64,000 nt of DNA from Patescibacteria group bacterium UBA1396 (GTDB lineage Bacteria > Patescibacteriota > Microgenomatia > UBA1400 > UBA1396). The notes under the pieces are model-generated. The model had not been told where the DNA came from. It did no database searches and saw only the letters and a list, made by a program, of their open reading frames with translations. The position numbers and the translations under genes were made by a program. Below are positions 29,147 through 39,134 of the stretch, piece after piece. Positions within the stretch are counted from its first letter, which is position 1. Each line of letters starts with the position of its first letter. Location: the NCBI GenBank assembly GCA_002305195.1, contig DBQK01000008.1, positions 98,688 to 162,687 of the forward strand, given 5' to 3'.

Positions 29147-30076
29147 ATGACTAAGAATTCACCCACTAATTATCCAGTCACTTTTAGTTCAACTCAACAA
29201 GCTTGGCAACATTTATCTTCTCAAAAATCACTACCTGCTTTTACAATTATTTTTGGGCCAACAGCCAGTGGCAAATCTAGCTTAGCCTACCAACTGGCTG
29301 AATACTTCGACGCCAACATTTTATCCTTTGATTCACGGCACGTTTACCGAAAAATGAATGTGGTCACCGGCAAAGACAGACCAACTGAAACAAAAAAATG
29401 GCAGTTATTTGGCCTTGATTTGGCTGATCCTGATCAAGATTTTTCGGTTCGACACTATTACGAATATGCCAAAAAAGTAATTGAAAAACAGCGACAAAAA
29501 CAACAACCGCTCATCTTGGTTGGCGGATCCTGGCTTTACGCCAAGACGTTGCTTCAACCGCCGGACACTTTGTTTGCACCTACCAATCTAAAACTTCGCC
29601 AACAACTAAAAAAATTCAGTACTATAGAGTTGCAAACCAAGGTTCAAGCAGACAATCCAGTCGCTTGGCAAAGATTTAACAATTCCGATCGACATAATCC
29701 TAGACGATTAATTAGAGCAATCGAGACCGCTCAGCAAATCAATAAAAAATTAATCACTAAGGTAAAACCATTAATTTTTCCTAATGAATACCAATTATTT
29801 ATCATCAATCCACCTCTTGAAAAAATTGCCACAAATATTGCTGACCGGATTAAGACTAGGTTAAAGGCAGGAGCTTTAGCAGAAACAGAAAAATTATTGC
29901 AAGATTACCACGATTGGTCTAAACCTGCTTTTCAATCAACTGGTTATGCTTTGATAAAAAAATATCTTCAGCAAAACCTATCATTGGCGGAATTACAAGC
30001 AAAATGGCTTATTCAAGAGAAAAACTACGCCAAAAGGCAGCAAACTTGGATAAATAAATTGCTAGAGCAAGATTAA
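29147..30076 (+). CDS. miaA: tRNA dimethylallyltransferase
   Basis: GPTASGKS, DSRHVY, VGGSWLY, RRLIRAIE, YAKRQQTW. Confidence 0.95.
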   Translation: MTKNSPTNYPVTFSSTQQAWQHLSSQKSLPAFTIIFGPTASGKSSLAYQLAEYFDANILSFDSRHVYRKMNVVTGKDRPTETKKWQLFGLDLADPDQDFSVRHYYEYAKKVIEKQRQKQQPLILVGGSWLYAKTLLQPPDTLFAPTNLKLRQQLKKFSTIELQTKVQADNPVAWQRFNNSDRHNPRRLIRAIETAQQINKKLITKVKPLIFPNEYQLFIINPPLEKIATNIADRIKTRLKAGALAETEKLLQDYHDWSKPAFQSTGYALIKKYLQQNLSLAELQAKWLIQEKNYAKRQQTWINKLLEQD

Positions 30077-30328
30077 CAACTCAATAATTGTTACCAATGC
30101 CAAGGTTCGAATCAAGATCAATGCCCTGGAATAACGTTCTAGACACAGTGAAAAATGGTAGTCTTCTAAGCTTTTTTGACCAATTTTTAAAGGTCGGCGA
30201 CGAACTCTTAGTAATTGAGATTTTCTCTTATTTAAGTAGATATCAAAGTGGGTTTTTGGAATTAAGGAAGCTAGTTCTAACGAACTGTTTTGAGACCTTT
30301 GCCGGTTAGTTAACCTGTCACCTGACAG
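30062..30328 (-). CDS. putative 88-aa basic protein with C-terminal TM helix, CTG start (not in ORF track)
   Basis: Stop-free frame 30328-30062, SD-like AAAGGTGGGG immediately upstream, consensus promoter at 30354-30381. Confidence 0.5.
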   Translation of the reverse strand: MSGDRLTNRQRSQNSSLELASLIPKTHFDIYLNKRKSQLLRVRRRPLKIGQKSLEDYHFSLCLERYSRALILIRTLALVTIIELLILL

Positions 30329-30353
30329 GACCCCACCTTTCTAAACTATGGCC

Positions 30354-30381
30354 ATTATAGCAATATACGTTTATATGTCAA
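30354..30381 (-). promoter_or_regulatory. consensus sigma70 promoter
   Basis: TTGACA-16 nt-TATAAT with extended TGn. Confidence 0.8.
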
Positions 30382-30435
30382 CACTTTTAAAATTACAAAA
30401 TAATTGAAAATTAACAGCTGACAGTGAGCAACCTT

Positions 30436-31056
30436 TTAATGACCAAATCGTCTAATCAAGCCAACGCATCTACCTTGAACTCTAACGTTGGTAGCATAAA
30501 TAGGAGTCATATTTGAGTTAGCTGGTTCTAATCTGATTCTGGTGGCTTCTTTAAAATATCGCTTGAGTGTGGCCAGCCCATTTTCAAGCAAAGCAACCAC
30601 AATATCACCATCGCGCACATCCTCTTGTTCCTCTATTACTACATAATCCCCGTCCAGAATGCCATCCTCAATCATTGACTCGCCCTTAACGTGCAAAACA
30701 TATGCTCGACGTTTGCCAGAAATTAATTGCGGCGATACTTTAAAGGTTGCGTTGGGATCTGGATACGGATCGATTGGTCTGCCAGCAGCAATATAGCCCA
30801 TCAGGGGTAAATCAATACCTTCTGAAATCTTTAAAAAGGTTCTATCAAGTAGCTCAATTCCTCTCACTGCACCTTCTGACCTTCGAATAACATTTTTTTT
30901 CTCAAGAGCGCCCAAGTGTTCGTGGACCGTGGCTAGTGAGGAAACACCTATGGCATCGGCAATTTCCTGTAAAGTTGGTGAGTAATTGTTAAGCTGAATA
31001 TATTGAGCTATGAAGTCAACAATTTGTCTCTGTCGTCGATACAGCGTGATGGCCAT
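30436..31056 (-). CDS. lexA: SOS repressor LexA
   Basis: PTLQEIA HTH, IAAG cleavage site, GESM (Ser) and TLKR (Lys) catalytic motifs. Confidence 0.97.
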   Translation of the reverse strand: MAITLYRRQRQIVDFIAQYIQLNNYSPTLQEIADAIGVSSLATVHEHLGALEKKNVIRRSEGAVRGIELLDRTFLKISEGIDLPLMGYIAAGRPIDPYPDPNATFKVSPQLISGKRRAYVLHVKGESMIEDGILDGDYVVIEEQEDVRDGDIVVALLENGLATLKRYFKEATRIRLEPANSNMTPIYATNVRVQGRCVGLIRRFGH

Positions 31057-31083
31057 GGCAGGTCTCCTTTTATGTTTGTTTGG

Positions 31084-31099
31084 GCGAACATATGCCGAA
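31084..31099 (-). promoter_or_regulatory. candidate LexA operator, direct repeat TTCGG-N6-TTCGC
   Basis: Lies between the lexA -10-like box (31107-31112) and the start codon, in the divergent lexA/uvrB spacer. Confidence 0.55.
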
Positions 31100-31255
31100 T
31101 ACCCTTAGAATACCCAGAAAACTAACGCCCTGTAAAGCTGATCTTTATATGTCTTTTTATATCAATTACAACTATTGCTGATTTGGTTTTGTTTTGGGTG
31201 TATTTTTAACCATTTCCATACCAGTGCTTACTAATGCGCCCTGTATAATAGTGGC

Positions 31256-33421
31256 GTGTTTCAACTAGAATCTAATTATCAGGCGGCCGGCGACCAGCCG
31301 GCCGCCATCACTAATCTACTCAAAGGTTTTCAAACCGGTAGTGATAACCAAGTTTTACTTGGTGTAACCGGATCAGGCAAAACCTTCACCATGGCTAATG
31401 TGATTGCTCAACTAAAACGACCAACTTTAGTAATCGCCCATAACAAAACCCTTGCCGCCCAACTTTACCAAGAGTTCCGAGATTATTTTCCCGATAATGC
31501 AGTTAGTTATTTCGTCAGCTACTATGATTTTTATCAGCCTGAAGCATATTTAGTGTCAACCGATACTTACATCGAGAAAGAAGCCGAAATTAATGAAGAA
31601 ATCGATAAACTTAGACTAGCGGCTACGGCCAATCTGTTATCACGTCCCGATTGTATTGTCATTGCTTCGGTATCTTGTATTTATAACCTGGGTCGACCTG
31701 AGGATTTTGCCGACTTATCCTTTGAACTGGTTGAAGGCGAAGTAATCTCAAGGTTAACTATCCAGCGCCGCCTAACTCAGATGCAGTATCAGAGATCAAC
31801 AACCGATTTAAGTCGGGGCACTTGGCGACAGAGAGGTGAAACCATCCAACTCTGGCCGGCAAATGAAGAGTGGGCGCTTAATATTGTTCTTCCAGGAGAT
31901 CAAATTACCAAACTGGAAAAAATTCATCCCTTAACTGGCGAGCTTTGGCCAATTCAAGCTCAACCATTAACACCTTTTGAAAGCACTCGACATCGAATCA
32001 CAATCTATCCGGCCAAACACTACATTATCGAAGAAGATAAAACGACCGCCTTTGCTCAGATTGAAGCAGATTTACAAAAACAACTTGTTAGATTACGAGA
32101 ACAAAATAAGCTCTTAGAGGCCTATCGTCTTGAACAACGCACCTTACATGATCTGGATATGCTTAAAGAAGTTGGTTATGTTAACGGCATTGAAAATTAC
32201 TCGCGCTACTTTGACGGTCGAAAGCCCGGTGACCCTCCCTTCTCCTTAATCAATTATCTTAATTACAACGCCAAAAAATTCGGTGATGGTCGCTGGCTAA
32301 CCATCGTTGATGAAAGTCATATGACCATCCCCCAAATCAGAGGTATGTACCACGGAGATTTTAGTCGTAAGCAAACTCTGGTAGATTATGGCTTCAGATT
32401 GCCCGCTGCTCTAGACAATCGACCATTGCGCTTTGACGAATTTATCAGCAAGATCGATCAGGCATTATTTGTTTCGGCTACTCCCTCCGAGTGGGAAATT
32501 GATTACTCAAAAAATCAGGTTATTGAACAGATTGTCAGACCAACTGGGTTGATCGATCCACCAGTTGAGGTTCGACCAACCCAAAAGCAAATCCCTGATT
32601 TAGTTAATGAAATTGTGATGAGACAAAAACGAGGACAGCGAACCTTGGTAACTACTTTAACCAAAAAAATGGCCGAAGTACTAACGGACTATCTGAATAG
32701 CCAAGAAAAAGTAAATCGATTATTGAAAAAACACGGCTATCAACCTGTGGAAACACTACCTAAAGCACAATATCTACATTCAGACGTTGAAACTCTGGAA
32801 CGCAGTGATATTCTTGATGATCTACGATTAGGCACTTATGACGTTGTGATCGGAGTTAACCTACTACGTGAAGGCTTAGATTTACCAGAAGTAACTCTGG
32901 TTGCTATCTTGGATGCTGATCAGGAAGGTTTCCTACGCTCACAGCAGGCACTAATTCAAACAATGGGGCGCGCCGCGCGACACCTGGACGGCCAGGTCAT
33001 TATGTACGCCGACAAAATAACCAAATCAATGAAAGCGGCTATGGATGAAGTCGCGCGGCGGCGCCAAATCCAACAAGACTTTAACCAAAAACATAATATT
33101 AACCCAACTACCATCGCCAAACCGGTAAGAAAAAAGCTTATTCAGATTGAAAGAAAAACCGAGCTGCCAGGCGTTAAAAATCGATCCAATAATCTGGATA
33201 AATTAAAATCAAGTAGACCAACAAAGCATCAAACGATCGTGGCTCTCAACAAAAAAACGAGCGTAGTCTTGGAAGAGCTTGAGCCAAATTCTCTCACTCC
33301 CCAAGATAAACAAAAACTAATCAAACAGCTTAATCGCTCAATGCTAAGCGCTGCTAAAGAATGGAATTTTGAACTGGCGGCTCAAATAAGAGATACTGTA
33401 ACCGAACTAGAAAATAAATAA
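31256..33421 (+). CDS. uvrB: excinuclease ABC subunit B
   Basis: GVTGSGKT, YYDFYQPEAY, DESH, GRAAR, C-terminal UVR domain. Confidence 0.98.
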   Translation: MFQLESNYQAAGDQPAAITNLLKGFQTGSDNQVLLGVTGSGKTFTMANVIAQLKRPTLVIAHNKTLAAQLYQEFRDYFPDNAVSYFVSYYDFYQPEAYLVSTDTYIEKEAEINEEIDKLRLAATANLLSRPDCIVIASVSCIYNLGRPEDFADLSFELVEGEVISRLTIQRRLTQMQYQRSTTDLSRGTWRQRGETIQLWPANEEWALNIVLPGDQITKLEKIHPLTGELWPIQAQPLTPFESTRHRITIYPAKHYIIEEDKTTAFAQIEADLQKQLVRLREQNKLLEAYRLEQRTLHDLDMLKEVGYVNGIENYSRYFDGRKPGDPPFSLINYLNYNAKKFGDGRWLTIVDESHMTIPQIRGMYHGDFSRKQTLVDYGFRLPAALDNRPLRFDEFISKIDQALFVSATPSEWEIDYSKNQVIEQIVRPTGLIDPPVEVRPTQKQIPDLVNEIVMRQKRGQRTLVTTLTKKMAEVLTDYLNSQEKVNRLLKKHGYQPVETLPKAQYLHSDVETLERSDILDDLRLGTYDVVIGVNLLREGLDLPEVTLVAILDADQEGFLRSQQALIQTMGRAARHLDGQVIMYADKITKSMKAAMDEVARRRQIQQDFNQKHNINPTTIAKPVRKKLIQIERKTELPGVKNRSNNLDKLKSSRPTKHQTIVALNKKTSVVLEELEPNSLTPQDKQKLIKQLNRSMLSAAKEWNFELAAQIRDTVTELENK

Positions 33422-33426
33422 TCTAT

Positions 33427-33744
33427 CTAACGATGCTGATATCTTCTGAATCTTGCCGATTTTTTAAACTCAAATTTACCAGTAAACATATTGAAACTAA
33501 CCATCCAATCCTCTTGATGATATCTAGATATTATCAATTCTACAATTTTTAACCAATATTTATCCCTCTCGTCTGGAGACATTTTTTTAAAATATGAAGA
33601 AAAATCTAATTCTATGGTCTGAGAATCACGTCTCGGCAGTGCTTTTCTTACTAATTCTTGATCAATAAAATCTTCAATTTCTTTGAGAATGGACTTTGCC
33701 TCCTCGGGACATGTATTCTCTGCTTCATCACGACTTATTACCAT
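33427..33744 (-). CDS. hypothetical protein, paralog of 33793-34098
   Basis: Shared MVIxxxxAExxCP...IDQxL...LIxRYxxExW pattern and AGAGAGGA RBS. Confidence 0.7.
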   Translation of the reverse strand: MVISRDEAENTCPEEAKSILKEIEDFIDQELVRKALPRRDSQTIELDFSSYFKKMSPDERDKYWLKIVELIISRYHQEDWMVSFNMFTGKFEFKKSARFRRYQHR

Positions 33745-33792
33745 CTTAATCCTCTCTAAAATACTTGGTATGATTGGTGATAAGTAACATTA

Positions 33793-34098
33793 TTAACGTA
33801 TCCGTGAGCTATCATCAAATGAACTTTTAACAAAAATAAACGTTTTATCGTGATAGGTGACACTCCATCCTTCTGTATTATATCTATCAATAAGCAATGC
33901 AATAACTTTTAAACGGGACTGGGGTCTTATTTCCATAATTATTTCCGAAATATCAATAAGAATATGCTGATCATCAACATCCGGTAATTTTTCTTCTATT
34001 AATGTTTGATCGATCATTGCTTCAATACGACTCAGAGTTGGTTCCGCGTCCATCGGACATCTACTTTCTGCATCTGCAGGACCTATTACCATTTTCAA
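33793..34098 (-). CDS. hypothetical protein, paralog of 33427-33744
   Basis: Same motif pattern and upstream sequence as its paralog. Confidence 0.7.
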   Translation of the reverse strand: MKMVIGPADAESRCPMDAEPTLSRIEAMIDQTLIEEKLPDVDDQHILIDISEIIMEIRPQSRLKVIALLIDRYNTEGWSVTYHDKTFIFVKSSFDDSSRIR

Positions 34099-34145
34099 TC
34101 CTCTCTAAAAAATATAAAAAAGATTATAACACTAACAATAAGAAT

Positions 34146-34337
34146 CTACTTCAGCTTTTCAACTTCTTTGTGTAAAACGTGCTTGCGAACAATTGGATCG
34201 TACTTCATTAGCTCTAACTTACCCTTGCCCTTTTCACGCTGGTTGCGCTTATTACGACTAGTATAGTGAGTGATATGACCAGAAACAGTCGACTTTAATG
34301 CCACTGGTTGTCGAGGTCCTTTTTTTGCTTTTCCCAT
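34146..34337 (-). CDS. rpmG: 50S ribosomal protein L33 (Zn-free type)
   Basis: YTSRNKRN...KLELMKYDPIVRKHVLHKE. Confidence 0.95.
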   Translation of the reverse strand: MGKAKKGPRQPVALKSTVSGHITHYTSRNKRNQREKGKGKLELMKYDPIVRKHVLHKEVEKLK

Positions 34338-34429
34338 AGTTATCTTTCAGAAAATCAGATTATAACACAATGTTGAACACAAATCCCTGGTTATAAAAGG
34401 TTAAAAAGGTCAAAAGCTAGCTTCATTTA

Positions 34430-34933
34430 TTATCTTGTTTTGGCTTTCGGATTTTTCATTAGTGCCTGAAGTCTTTCAGCCACGTATCTTCCAACAATAA
34501 TTTCCCTATATCTTGAGGCCAAATATTCAGCGGGGTGTGGCTGCTCCTTATTTCCATCCTCCCATTGCTTAACTAATAAATTAAAATGAAAAATTTCACT
34601 CTCTGGAACTCGGTACTCCACGAGCATCTCCTCACCATTTACCAGGGCTTTAAAACAATAACAATATTTAAGTGAGTCTCCACCTCTATTTTCTTGATTG
34701 GAAAGTGGGATGGTCAAAACTCTGACGTCTTTTTGTCTTTTGGATTTTTTAAATTCGTCTGGGGTTATTATTTGTATAGTAGTAGCAAGTTCGTCTACTT
34801 CCGCTCTATTCAAATTTTGAAGATGTAAACGTTTTGGTCTGTGGACGACACTCTCAGCAGTTTCCTGAATTCTTGCTGCAACACCTTTAAACATATTTAT
34901 ACCCTCTGTTAGTATTTGATCTAATTTTATCAC
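34430..34933 (-). CDS. hypothetical protein
   Basis: 167-aa ORF; the real start may be the internal ATG (MFKG). Confidence 0.55.
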   Translation of the reverse strand: MIKLDQILTEGINMFKGVAARIQETAESVVHRPKRLHLQNLNRAEVDELATTIQIITPDEFKKSKRQKDVRVLTIPLSNQENRGGDSLKYCYCFKALVNGEEMLVEYRVPESEIFHFNLLVKQWEDGNKEQPHPAEYLASRYREIIVGRYVAERLQALMKNPKAKTR

Positions 34934-35035
34934 GTTAAATTTAATAATGATTCATTAATCAAAAAAAATTAAAGTTCAAAAATAAAAAACAAAACAAACT
35001 GAGCGAGACCGTTTGATTTTGGGCGAAACAAACTG

Positions 35036-35108
35036 AGCCGCCAGGGGGACTCGAACCCTCGACCTATGCTTTACAAAAGCACCGCTCTACCAACTGAGCT
35101 ATGGCGGC
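35036..35108 (-). tRNA. tRNA-Thr (anticodon TGT), CCA not encoded
   Basis: GCCGCCATAGCTCAGTTGGTAGAGC...TT-TGT-AA...GGTTCGAGTCC...TGGCGGCT cloverleaf. Confidence 0.97.
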
Positions 35109-35173
35109 AACTGTTTAGAACAGAAAAATTATATCAGTAAAATCGGCCAACAATAGACAAATACTTATATTCA

Positions 35174-36139
35174 CTATTCGAGCTTTTCAACTCGAATTAC
35201 TTCTAAATTAAGCTTAACCGGCTTACCGAACTGATTTGTTAGCTCTGTTTCTAGATTTGACAGTGTGGGTAACTCTGCCAGCTGAGGCACCTTAACCACT
35301 ACCTGCATAACCAACTCCGGCTCATCTGTCACTACCTCTAATTGTTGAACATCTGATTTACTGCTAAGTGATAATTGCTGTACCAGGCCCTGTTTAGCCA
35401 CTTCTTGCCAGTGAGTTGCTTGGTATGACTGCCAGAAAGCTACTGATAGCAAAACCGCCAACACAAGCACAAATAAGGCTGATAAAACACCGCCCCACAA
35501 AGCAACATTTTTCTTTTCTTCCTGATGACTAAATCTTTGATAAAACCAAAGAACAATCAGGCCAGAAAAAATAATCGCAGCCATATTTGCAAAAAACAAA
35601 ACCGTGGCTCCTAGTGCGATGGGCCACCAACCAAGTGAAACTGACAAACCGGCTACGCACAAAGGGGGCAATAAGGCTACTGCCACGGCCACACCAGCAA
35701 GTCCCTCCGGCACGTCTTTATTTAGATAGGCAAACATTGCTGCAAAGCCTGCTATTAACGCAATAATTAAATCAACCACGGTTGGTTGGGCACGAGCGAT
35801 GATTTCATCAGGTAAACCAACTACCGGCACTAACCTGCCTAAAATAGAACTGGTAATAAAAATCAGCAAAATACTCATCGAGAGATTGCTGGTAGAACGA
35901 CCTATTGCCCGCAAATCACCTCTTGCTATCCCAACCGATAATGATGATAAAGGAATCATTAACGGGGCTAAAATCATTGCCCCAATGATAACGTTGGCGT
36001 TGTCAATCAAAAGCCCTAACGTCGCCAAAGCAGTTGAAAAAAATAGAATCCAGTAGTAACTGGCCGAACCCTTATCCTGTTCGATCAAATCAGTTTCATC
36101 TCGCTGATTCAAGTGCCACCAACGATTAATCCAACCCAT
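35174..36139 (-). CDS. DUF389/TIGR00341 family membrane protein
   Basis: VIIGAMILAPLMIP, GVAVAVALLPPL. Confidence 0.92.
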   Translation of the reverse strand: MGWINRWWHLNQRDETDLIEQDKGSASYYWILFFSTALATLGLLIDNANVIIGAMILAPLMIPLSSLSVGIARGDLRAIGRSTSNLSMSILLIFITSSILGRLVPVVGLPDEIIARAQPTVVDLIIALIAGFAAMFAYLNKDVPEGLAGVAVAVALLPPLCVAGLSVSLGWWPIALGATVLFFANMAAIIFSGLIVLWFYQRFSHQEEKKNVALWGGVLSALFVLVLAVLLSVAFWQSYQATHWQEVAKQGLVQQLSLSSKSDVQQLEVVTDEPELVMQVVVKVPQLAELPTLSNLETELTNQFGKPVKLNLEVIRVEKLE

Positions 36140-36182
36140 AATTTTTCTTGTTTTTTAGTAAGTCGTTTGTCATCAGGTACTT

Positions 36183-37028
36183 CTATTCTTCTGTTCCACT
36201 AGTGGTTGAATTAGCAGCTGGTTCTGTTTCTGCTGCCACGTAGGCTAGATACCAAGGTCCTTGAGCAGTGGCTACTTTCTCAGAAACTTCTGTCTCCAGC
36301 TTGACCCATTGCTCGCCGTCCCAACCGAAAATGCTGGCGGCAGATGAATCTGCATTTAATCTGATAGCAACCTCAACCTGGTTAATCGAGGTAGTAGTGC
36401 CCTCAACGCTGGGCGCATATGGAGCTGACAGTAATTCATACGCCAGCTCTTCCGGCAACCCTGGAGATTGCAAAATAATGCCATACTTAATTCTAGCCAA
36501 ACCAGCTGATTCTAGGGAAAATTTACCATCTCGAGAACTGAAAAGAGTTTCCTGATCGGTATTGTCTATAAATGCCCAATCATTTTTCAGAACATATTTT
36601 TCCTCGCCCAAAAAGCGCAATAACAAACTGCCACCTTTGACATCTTCGTGATAACTGCATTTTCCACCGGCACTACAACTACCGAGTAGAATATCGGTTC
36701 TTTCAGGTAATTTTTGCAACTTAAAGATTCCTATTGCGCCTTGTAATAAAGAGCCTGATTGATATTCAAGTTCAATTTCGGCTTCATCGGCTGGTTTTTT
36801 TAAATCATAAAGGGTAATGGTAAGATTCCTGCCCTGTTGACTAGGTGTCAAAGTTACAAACGGACGCTGATTAATGGGAATGGTGTTAACTTCTTCAGGA
36901 GGTAAAAAGACTTGTTCATCTTCAATTTCTGAGCTGCGATTGTGCCAGTTAAACCACACCAAACCGACAACAACTGCCAAAACAAGTAGTAAACCTGCGC
37001 CAACCAAAAACCAACGATTTTTTTTCAT
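36183..37028 (-). CDS. membrane-anchored hypothetical protein
   Basis: N-terminal TM, LLGSCSAGGKC motif. Confidence 0.75.
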   Translation of the reverse strand: MKKNRWFLVGAGLLLVLAVVVGLVWFNWHNRSSEIEDEQVFLPPEEVNTIPINQRPFVTLTPSQQGRNLTITLYDLKKPADEAEIELEYQSGSLLQGAIGIFKLQKLPERTDILLGSCSAGGKCSYHEDVKGGSLLLRFLGEEKYVLKNDWAFIDNTDQETLFSSRDGKFSLESAGLARIKYGIILQSPGLPEELAYELLSAPYAPSVEGTTTSINQVEVAIRLNADSSAASIFGWDGEQWVKLETEVSEKVATAQGPWYLAYVAAETEPAANSTTSGTEE

Positions 37029-37082
37029 TAGTTAATGATACTGGAGGATAGTTGGCTGGACAAGAGTTTTGCCGACAAAAAG

Positions 37083-37493
37083 TTAACTACCATTTAATTG
37101 TGGTTCAAAGTCTTGTAAAAATTGGGTTAAGCCTTCTCTAATTAGCCTAACTTCATTTTTATCAAAGGAGTCCATAGAAACATGATTGGAAACTAGATAA
37201 ATATGAACACATTTCTTTGAGCGACTAGCTGCTATCTCTATTCTAAGCGGTAAGGCTGAGTTTGGCGTTTTAACATCAAATACCGCTCGCGGATCTCCAA
37301 GAAAACTAGACCTAGCTTCAATCTTCAGCTCTTGAGATCTTTCAGATAAAGCCTCTCTTAACTGCCTAACCATTTCCTCTGGAGAGATACCATATGTTTC
37401 ACAATCTATTTTGTACTTTTGATCAGGAGATCTGCCTATATGACGAGCGTCAATTTCTACTACAGATGGATCTAGTGTTGTATATTCAACCAT
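37083..37493 (-). CDS. hypothetical protein
   Basis: 136-aa ORF directly downstream of glyQS. Confidence 0.55.
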   Translation of the reverse strand: MVEYTTLDPSVVEIDARHIGRSPDQKYKIDCETYGISPEEMVRQLREALSERSQELKIEARSSFLGDPRAVFDVKTPNSALPLRIEIAASRSKKCVHIYLVSNHVSMDSFDKNEVRLIREGLTQFLQDFEPQLNGS

Positions 37494-37503
37494 TTCGCTA
37501 CTT

Positions 37504-38904
37504 CTAGGCAGCTAATTCTGCCAACAAATCATGAATTTTAACTCTAGCTTGCTTGGTGGTATCACGCTGGCGGATAGTCACTGTATCGTCCTCAAGGGTT
37601 TGAAAATCAACGGTTACGCCATAAGGTGTGCCGATTTCGTCCTGACTTAGATAGCGTTTACCGATATTGCCTCGGTCATCCCAAGTGGTGGGCATCGCTG
37701 ACTGAACTAATTTAAACACAGATTCGGCTTTAGCGACTAGTTCAGGTCTATTGCGAAGCAAGGGAAAAACAGCCGCTTTATAAGGAGCTAGATGATATGG
37801 TAATTTCAAAACTAAGCGATCATTAGCCTCATCCTGCCATAGAAACTCCAGCAAAACCATTAAAAGTAGACGGTTTATACCCACAGCTGGCTCGATAACA
37901 TGGGGAATATATTTGCGACCATCACTTGAGTCGGTTACTCGCAGGTCCTGACCAGAATACTCCATATGTTGCTTAAGATCATAATCAGTGCGATAAGCCA
38001 ATCCCCAGAGTTCTTTAAACCCAAACGGGAAATTATACTCTAAATCAACGGTTCGTAAGCTATAGTGTGATCTTTCCTCATCTGTATGCTCTCGCCAGCG
38101 AAGATTATTCTTGCCGATGCCCAACTGGATAGTAACAAACTGCCACATTGCCTCCTGCCAATTATCAAAAAGTTCTTCCCAATTACTATTTTGTGGATCA
38201 AAAAAATATTCAATCTCGGCTTGTTCGAATTCCAAAGTTCGAAAAATAAAGTTTCCTAGTGTAATTTCATTGCGAAAACTCTTGCCTATTTGGCCGATTC
38301 CAAAAGGCAACTTAACTCGAGTAGAATCGAGAATATTTTTAAAACTTAAAAAGATCCCCTGGGCCGTTTCACCTCGCAAATAAGCCTTAGATTCTGACTC
38401 AGGCACAATCCCAATACTAGTTTCAAATAATAAGTTAAATTTTCTAACCGGGGTCCATTGAAACTCACCACAGGAGGGACAAGCAATTTGCTCTTTTTCA
38501 ATAATTTTTTGAAGCTCCTCGATGGGCAAACCCTCAACTAATTTTGGTTCTTGCTTTTGAGCGTAGTAGTTTTCGATCAAGTGATCGGCTCTGGTTCGAC
38601 GTTGGCAATTTTTGCAATCAACTAGAGGATCGCTAAAACTATTGATATGACCGGAGGCTTCCCAGGTTTTGGGGTGAACAATAATTGAACTATCTAGACC
38701 CAACATATCAATTCGATCGTGAATAAAGGTTTTCCACCAGAGATTTTTAATGTTGCGCTTTAACTCAACCCCTAAGGGACCATATTCATACGCATTAGCT
38801 AATCCCCCATAAATCTCTGAGGAGGGAAAAATAAAACCACGCCGCTTGCAAAGAGCCACCACCTGAGTCATTAAATCATTTTCGTTCATACACTTGGCTT
38901 CCAA
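37504..38904 (-). CDS. glyQS: glycine--tRNA ligase (homodimeric type)
   Basis: CKRRGFIFPSSEIYGG, YLRGETAQG, FRNEI, HVIEPAVG, anticodon-binding domain. Confidence 0.97.
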   Translation of the reverse strand: MEAKCMNENDLMTQVVALCKRRGFIFPSSEIYGGLANAYEYGPLGVELKRNIKNLWWKTFIHDRIDMLGLDSSIIVHPKTWEASGHINSFSDPLVDCKNCQRRTRADHLIENYYAQKQEPKLVEGLPIEELQKIIEKEQIACPSCGEFQWTPVRKFNLLFETSIGIVPESESKAYLRGETAQGIFLSFKNILDSTRVKLPFGIGQIGKSFRNEITLGNFIFRTLEFEQAEIEYFFDPQNSNWEELFDNWQEAMWQFVTIQLGIGKNNLRWREHTDEERSHYSLRTVDLEYNFPFGFKELWGLAYRTDYDLKQHMEYSGQDLRVTDSSDGRKYIPHVIEPAVGINRLLLMVLLEFLWQDEANDRLVLKLPYHLAPYKAAVFPLLRNRPELVAKAESVFKLVQSAMPTTWDDRGNIGKRYLSQDEIGTPYGVTVDFQTLEDDTVTIRQRDTTKQARVKIHDLLAELAA

Positions 38905-38925
38905 TCTTGGTAAAGAATTGTTAAA

Positions 38926-39114
38926 TTACGATTTTTGTCCTAATAATTTAATTTCCACCTGATCCCATTCCTTAGTTTCGTAACGAAGCTTGGTTTCAAT
39001 TGTTTTTTCCAGAGCTTCCCAACGACTAGGTGCTTCCACCTGATAATCACTAACAAAGCTGCCCTGATTTTTCCAAATTATCTGGTATCGATAAATCTGC
39101 ATTTTTGTCCTCAA
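38926..39114 (-). CDS. small hypothetical protein
   Basis: 62-aa ORF filling the recO-glyQS gap in operon orientation. Confidence 0.5.
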   Translation of the reverse strand: MRTKMQIYRYQIIWKNQGSFVSDYQVEAPSRWEALEKTIETKLRYETKEWDQVEIKLLGQKS

Positions 39115-39134
39115 TGTTTTTTGTAGTCAGGTCA

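Noticed and set aside
30088-30309. 73-aa plus-strand ORF
   Set aside because: No RBS or promoter; the opposite strand has a promoter, SD and longer frame
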